DNA of 63,107 bases, the filler included. It is 3 parts of 3 records of this genome, joined end to end, with 100 filler letters (N's around TTAATTAATTAA, not from the genome) between each part and the next. Parts side by side here need not be neighbours in the genome. Positions count along the whole stretch, not along the records: positions 57,630 to 63,107 come from SRR20825019_2155; 2 more parts are not named here. The stretch is one strand, 5' to 3'. The notes under the pieces were generated by a model. It made no database searches, had not been told where the DNA came from, and worked only from the letters and a program-made list of their open reading frames with translations. Positions 58,641 through 63,107 of the stretch are shown one piece after another. Positions within the stretch are counted from its first letter, which is position 1, and every line of letters begins with the position of its first letter. The translations under genes and the position numbers were made by a program.

Positions 58641-60692
58641 ATGAATCACACAGAATTAGCATTGAGCCAAGATGCGGCTACCCTTACCACACTTTATGTA
58701 AAGATGCCCCAACTGCCTGGGGGTACCACCCTACAACCCTCTTCCCCATCCACATCCTCTTCTGCTGCAGCTACAAATGGTGGTAGTGGCGTGCAGAAGA
58801 TGCAGCGACCAACAGCTCCTGCCTCAACGATATTTTGCGCGTCGTTATCTCGGTGGGTGCCGGATGCACAAGTCGTGGACTGCATGGCCCCTGATTGCAG
58901 ACAGCCCTTTAGCTTCTTCTCGAGAAAACACCACTGTAGGGTATGTGGCAAGATCTACTGTGCAAACTGTAGCTCCAAGACTTTAACAGGCCGGGTGGTA
59001 TTTTTGAACAGTAGTGGCGCAATCGCTAAGAGTGCGTCCATGGGTGTGTTGCCAACTATTGCATCTGTAGGGGATACTACCAGCAACACCAGCTCCTCCT
59101 CTGCACCTGCCCTCCAACCCGCCCCTACCGGTATGTTTGGTGGTGCACCATCGATGGCAAGACTCGAGGCCCAGGGGGGTGCGGCCCAAGCTGAGATAAG
59201 GGCCTGCAAGGAGTGCTACCACGAGCACCAGTTGGCCATTACAAGGAGGAGTGAGGTCACTGGGGAGCCGCGCCGTCGTCAGAGAGGGGAGCTTAAGATG
59301 TTACAAAGGGCCCGTCTTGTGGATATCTGCTCCTACCTCACACTACCCCAACTATTCAACTTCTCACGAGTATCATCTGATTTCTATTTCGTGTCTAGAG
59401 ATAATGAGTTGTGGGTGGCGTACAATGCTGCCCGTTGGGTAGCCATCAGTGTAGATGGGGGTAATAGTGGTGCCCCTAATACGTGGGGTGGATCGAACAG
59501 AGTACTGTCTAGCTCTACCAACAACAAGCCACCATCCTCATCCCCTACTCCTACAGCCGCTGCAGCTGCATCATCACCCAAGGAGGCAGCGACCCCCAAG
59601 GGTGCGGCATCGGCAGCAGCAGGTGATGTCGATGAAGATGGTGTCACCAAAAAGGATGGTATGCCCTCAGCGTCCTCCCCTGCTCCTAGCCGACCAACTA
59701 TTAATACTGAACTGGGTCTCCAAACCCAGCAGTCCACCGAGCCACGGTCTCCCTCCCACACTATCGACAGCTCTATGATGACGGCAGCCAATGCTGAATT
59801 CAGCAGCCACTCCAGCTACAACTTTACACAGTTCCTTCAGTATTGTTTCGCCCTTGAGACGTCACGTTGCATGGGGTTCGCTAACTTTGCCAATAGTGCC
59901 AAGCAGTTGCTCTCCAAGGCCATCAAGGTGGCGGTGATCGGTCCTGCTGGTGTAGGTAAATCAACCCTAATCCAAACCTTCTTGCAAGTTGGAGGCGGGG
60001 GTCAATTAGCTGGGAATGTACCTGTTGGCTCATCACCTGTTTCGGTGGGAGGATCAGGGGGATTTGAGGCGGCCGTGGGGCATACCCGCTCCAATACCTA
60101 CACAGGGGGTGTAAGCCCTGCACGGAGTGGTGGTGTTGTTGGTGTTCCACATAGTACCGCATACAGACCTACTGCTGGTCTAGTCGTCTCACAGAAGCGT
60201 GTGGCGGTCCGTGGGGGCCTCATCGCACCTCAGAGCTGTGTTACCTTATTCGATGTGGGAGGGGATCAGCGGTATGAGATGCTTAGGGGGCTCATAGGTC
60301 GATCGGTCCATGCTGTTATATTATGCTACGATGTAACCTCTAAGGAATCCCTTGTACAGGCCGCCGTCCAGATGTCGCAGTTAGAGCCCTTCCTAGGTCC
60401 CCAGCCCGTTATTGTGTGTGGTATCGTGCCACCCAATACATCTTCCTCCTCAGCACGGAATGGTGGGGGTAGCTCGAAGGTAAAGGAGGTAACCCCGGAG
60501 GAGGCAGGCCCCACTAGTGCACGCTGCAGGGCATCTATTCAAATATCGACCCACTCGCCATCTGAACCCTTCGCATTGGCAGTACAAGCCGTCCTTGAGA
60601 AGTTGATGGCAGGCGGAAGGCCTGCAGCTGAAATGATGCACCTAACACAGACACCATCCGCCCTTGACGTGCTACTAGACCTCAAGGTGTAG
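58641..60692 (+). CDS. FYVE zinc finger + F-box-like + degenerate Ras/Rab-like GTPase fusion
   Basis: WVPD..C..C..FSFFSRKHHCRVCGKIYCANC...RACKEC (FYVE); LVDICSYLTLPQLFNFSRVS...DNELW (F-box-like); GPAGVGKST, PTAG, DVGG, ILCYDVT..ESL (small GTPase). Confidence 0.85.
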   Translation: MNHTELALSQDAATLTTLYVKMPQLPGGTTLQPSSPSTSSSAAATNGGSGVQKMQRPTAPASTIFCASLSRWVPDAQVVDCMAPDCRQPFSFFSRKHHCRVCGKIYCANCSSKTLTGRVVFLNSSGAIAKSASMGVLPTIASVGDTTSNTSSSSAPALQPAPTGMFGGAPSMARLEAQGGAAQAEIRACKECYHEHQLAITRRSEVTGEPRRRQRGELKMLQRARLVDICSYLTLPQLFNFSRVSSDFYFVSRDNELWVAYNAARWVAISVDGGNSGAPNTWGGSNRVLSSSTNNKPPSSSPTPTAAAAASSPKEAATPKGAASAAAGDVDEDGVTKKDGMPSASSPAPSRPTINTELGLQTQQSTEPRSPSHTIDSSMMTAANAEFSSHSSYNFTQFLQYCFALETSRCMGFANFANSAKQLLSKAIKVAVIGPAGVGKSTLIQTFLQVGGGGQLAGNVPVGSSPVSVGGSGGFEAAVGHTRSNTYTGGVSPARSGGVVGVPHSTAYRPTAGLVVSQKRVAVRGGLIAPQSCVTLFDVGGDQRYEMLRGLIGRSVHAVILCYDVTSKESLVQAAVQMSQLEPFLGPQPVIVCGIVPPNTSSSSARNGGGSSKVKEVTPEEAGPTSARCRASIQISTHSPSEPFALAVQAVLEKLMAGGRPAAEMMHLTQTPSALDVLLDLKV

Positions 60693-61104
60693 GGAAGGTA
60701 GGTCTGCATGTGCTACATGGTAGTGATGATGGGTGGTGCTCGCTGTACTGTATCACTCTGTGCGGTTGTATGTATGTGTGTGGGTGTGAGCGACCATTGT
60801 CTCACCCGACACATTCATATTACCAACCCAGCCGCCAACCAAGCACCATACTACTCCTCATCTTTCTTTCATATCGTTGCGCTACTCTTCACTTCCCCAT
60901 GATGAAGGGCTTAATACCCCATGATTCCCATATCTTGACCCTCTACGACTGTATTAGCGTTGCGTGTGGCTAAAACAAAAAATTATACCCTCCTTGCTTG
61001 AAATTGAATTTAAATTACGTCATACGAGTTATTTTGAGGTAATGCGTTTTGTATGGTATTTTTAACTCCTCCCTTTCCGAAAAAGAGTAAGCCGTAAACA
61101 ATAA

Positions 61105-62595
61105 ATGACTGATCACCACAACAACCCACCATCAGCAGGATGGACAGTTACAACTAAAGCTGCCATTAGCGGCCTAGTCATGTTGGTATCGACTGCATGG
61201 TGGTTCCGCTCTCGGAGGCAGCGTAGGAGATTGGCCGCAGCCCAATGTAAGGGGAAGCCCTCCTCTAGGCCGTTCCCAGTGATTCTATCCAACGCATCCT
61301 GCTGTGAGGGCGGTGTGGAGTTCAGCTCCGTTCAATTCCTCCCCCCAAGGCTGGCGGCGGTTAGTGTCCGATGCCCACTATTTACCTCGGTTGGTGGTTC
61401 AAATGGGTTCCCCATTGAGAGCTGTTGCCTGGTGTTGGACTCTTTGCCCACCAAGGATGTGGGAGAGGGAGAGGTGGATACTACCGCCCTTCTCAAGGAG
61501 TATATCGCCACCCAATGTACCTACTTGGCCGGCGTGAGTGATAAGCATGAGGTCCGACAGAGGGAGGTGCCCGTCAGCGGCAGCGCAGTTTCAGATGGAG
61601 TACTCTCCTCTACTGGCTCAGCAGCACCCCAGCAGGCCGATAAGGTGGTTGCCTCCGTCTCTGCCATTTTCCAGCATTTTATTGAAGTGGATGCGGATTC
61701 TGTTGTCTTCTTCCACCTCCTACCAGACCAGCATGCCGTGTTGGGTATGATCGTTACCCTGTCCGAGGGCCATCATACTCACTCAGATATGTTCGGTACC
61801 GCCTCAAAGGATGCCGTCTCCCAGTGGGTCAAGTCCTTCCTCTCTGGCATTGCTATTGATCCTTTCGCCTTGGAGGGACAACCTCTCAATGCAGGCGCCG
61901 TCGCTGAGGCAGATGGAGATGGTGCTAGGGTGTATAACAACCCTGCCCTAGGTGTTCGCTTCTCCCTCCCTACCGCACATTGTGAGGTGGAGGCTGTTCG
62001 TTTCAACCCCAGTGATAACCTTATCAGTGGGTTGGATCGTGGAGTTGTATTGAGGTTTGGGGATACTACCTCCTCATCGGTGCAGGTTAGTAAGTGGCAG
62101 GGCCTACCCCCCTCGTGGATCAAGACCTCTTCATTGGAGGATGCCATCCTTGCATCGGAGGAGGTGCTCAAGGCTACTGGCTCCCACGATGCCTCCTTCA
62201 GCTGGAGGGAGCAGCTCTTCCGCCTCAACATCGCCCTACACCTCCTATCCCCCAATCTACAACCTTCTGAGTCGGAGCGCCTCTTTGCCCTTGCTGATAC
62301 AATGGTAGGACAGCCCTCCGCTGCCCACGGTATCTTAGGTGCGATTGCATCGGGTAGTGTTCTTAGGGACGTCCCTGCTATTCGTCATGTGGATGTCAAT
62401 GGTCATACTGGGTACGCCTTCACCGAGTCCATCGTCGGGTCTACATGCGACACTGTTGTTGTACTACCCCCCTCCAAGCAGCAGGATAAGAAGTGGAGTG
62501 CTACCTCCTTGGTGGTCATCCGACACCAACGTCCTAGTGAGAGCGATGTGACCCCACTCTTCGCTCAGTTCTGGGACTCCCTCCAGCTCTTCTAA
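61105..62595 (+). CDS. Eukaryotic hypothetical protein with N-terminal signal-anchor
   Basis: 496-codon intronless ORF; hydrophobic AAISGLVMLVSTAWWF followed by basic RSRRQRRR. Confidence 0.7.
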   Translation: MTDHHNNPPSAGWTVTTKAAISGLVMLVSTAWWFRSRRQRRRLAAAQCKGKPSSRPFPVILSNASCCEGGVEFSSVQFLPPRLAAVSVRCPLFTSVGGSNGFPIESCCLVLDSLPTKDVGEGEVDTTALLKEYIATQCTYLAGVSDKHEVRQREVPVSGSAVSDGVLSSTGSAAPQQADKVVASVSAIFQHFIEVDADSVVFFHLLPDQHAVLGMIVTLSEGHHTHSDMFGTASKDAVSQWVKSFLSGIAIDPFALEGQPLNAGAVAEADGDGARVYNNPALGVRFSLPTAHCEVEAVRFNPSDNLISGLDRGVVLRFGDTTSSSVQVSKWQGLPPSWIKTSSLEDAILASEEVLKATGSHDASFSWREQLFRLNIALHLLSPNLQPSESERLFALADTMVGQPSAAHGILGAIASGSVLRDVPAIRHVDVNGHTGYAFTESIVGSTCDTVVVLPPSKQQDKKWSATSLVVIRHQRPSESDVTPLFAQFWDSLQLF

Positions 62596-62891
62596 AAGGC
62601 TGCATACCAAGACCCCACATTCTACTTCTTCTCCAAGTTATCCCTTCATCAACTCCAATATTTATGCGTGTGTGCACCCCAACATTTACAACAATCTCGC
62701 GCACGTATTTGCGCCCTTTTAGTAGTAATATCTTAACATCAACTCTTATTTCGAATTGCTCTGGATCATTGAATGCTATTTTGACTTGTGCTACATATTT
62801 CTCTTTCCTTTCATTTTAACATATTTTAAAGACTCGGATTGTAGTTTCTAACTACTACCCAACCACACTAGTTTCATACCGAAGCAATTTT

Positions 62892-63107
62892 ATGAGTGAG
62901 CAGCAAGCAAAAGCTGGAGGTGGTTGCAATGAAGTAAATTCTGCGCAACGCAACTCCCAAAACAACGAAGACCGATTCGCGTCTTTCCAGGTCACTGGTG
63001 GTGACGCCCCTCGCGGGGGACGTGGAGGACGTGGACGCGGCGGACGTGGCCGTGGTGGCGCTGATGGTGACGAGCCCTTCGAGCACCGTGGCGGTCGCGG
63101 ACGTGGC
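62892..63107 (+). CDS. RGG/RG-rich protein, probable RNA-binding (runs off window)
   Basis: Not in the ORF track. ATG at 62892 reads MSEQQAKAGGG...DAPRGGRGGRGRGGRGRGG...HRGGRGRG with no stop before the window end; preceded by a pyrimidine tract and AG. Confidence 0.7.
   Translation, partial: MSEQQAKAGGGCNEVNSAQRNSQNNEDRFASFQVTGGDAPRGGRGGRGRGGRGRGGADGDEPFEHRGGRGRG

Noticed and set aside
57630-63107. Horizontal transfer of eukaryotic genes into a flavobacterium
   Set aside because: Separated from bacterial DNA by an artificial spacer, with eukaryotic intergenic signals; it is a different contig.
1-63107. CRISPR arrays, rRNA, transposases, integrases, prophage genes
   Set aside because: No regularly spaced repeats or recognisable motifs for these were seen.

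Overview
This window is not one locus. It is three unrelated contigs joined by two identical artificial 100-nt spacers (N44-TTAATTAATTAA-N44, at 31636-31735 and 57530-57629). Contig A (1-31635) is an AT-rich Flavobacteriaceae-type genome. It carries rplM-rpsI-rpsB-tsf, a lipoprotein/TonB-receptor/lipoprotein/T9SS-cargo cluster, DUF5916, an HDAC-family protein, metG, an LD-carboxypeptidase, dgt, two tandem T9SS M36 peptidases, dxs, tadA and a DUF2064-SusC-SusD-Na+/solute symporter locus cut by the contig end. Contig B (31736-57529) is a second, more GC-rich Flavobacteriaceae genome. It carries lysE, a GIN-domain protein, rnr, a probable oriC, rpiB, a CDF transporter, ElaA, an orphan C5 methylase, S41, rnpA, M1, S8, an MBL hydrolase, nhaP, SLC13, lepA, an OM receptor, dusB, a LolE-like permease, rbfA, mce and a truncated tRNA. 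Contig C (57630-63107) is eukaryotic and looks kinetoplastid-like: intronless co-oriented genes, including a FYVE/F-box/Ras-like GTPase fusion and an RGG protein. The most interesting signals are (i) the CAZyme-free DUF2064-SusC/D locus with a possible arrest-peptide/start-codon-masking switch, (ii) a Bacillus-like basal unwinding module in the rnr-rpiB interval, (iii) a palindromic repeat translated in-frame inside RnpA, and (iv) the FYVE-F-box-GTPase. All family calls come from motif recognition by eye; no searches were run.
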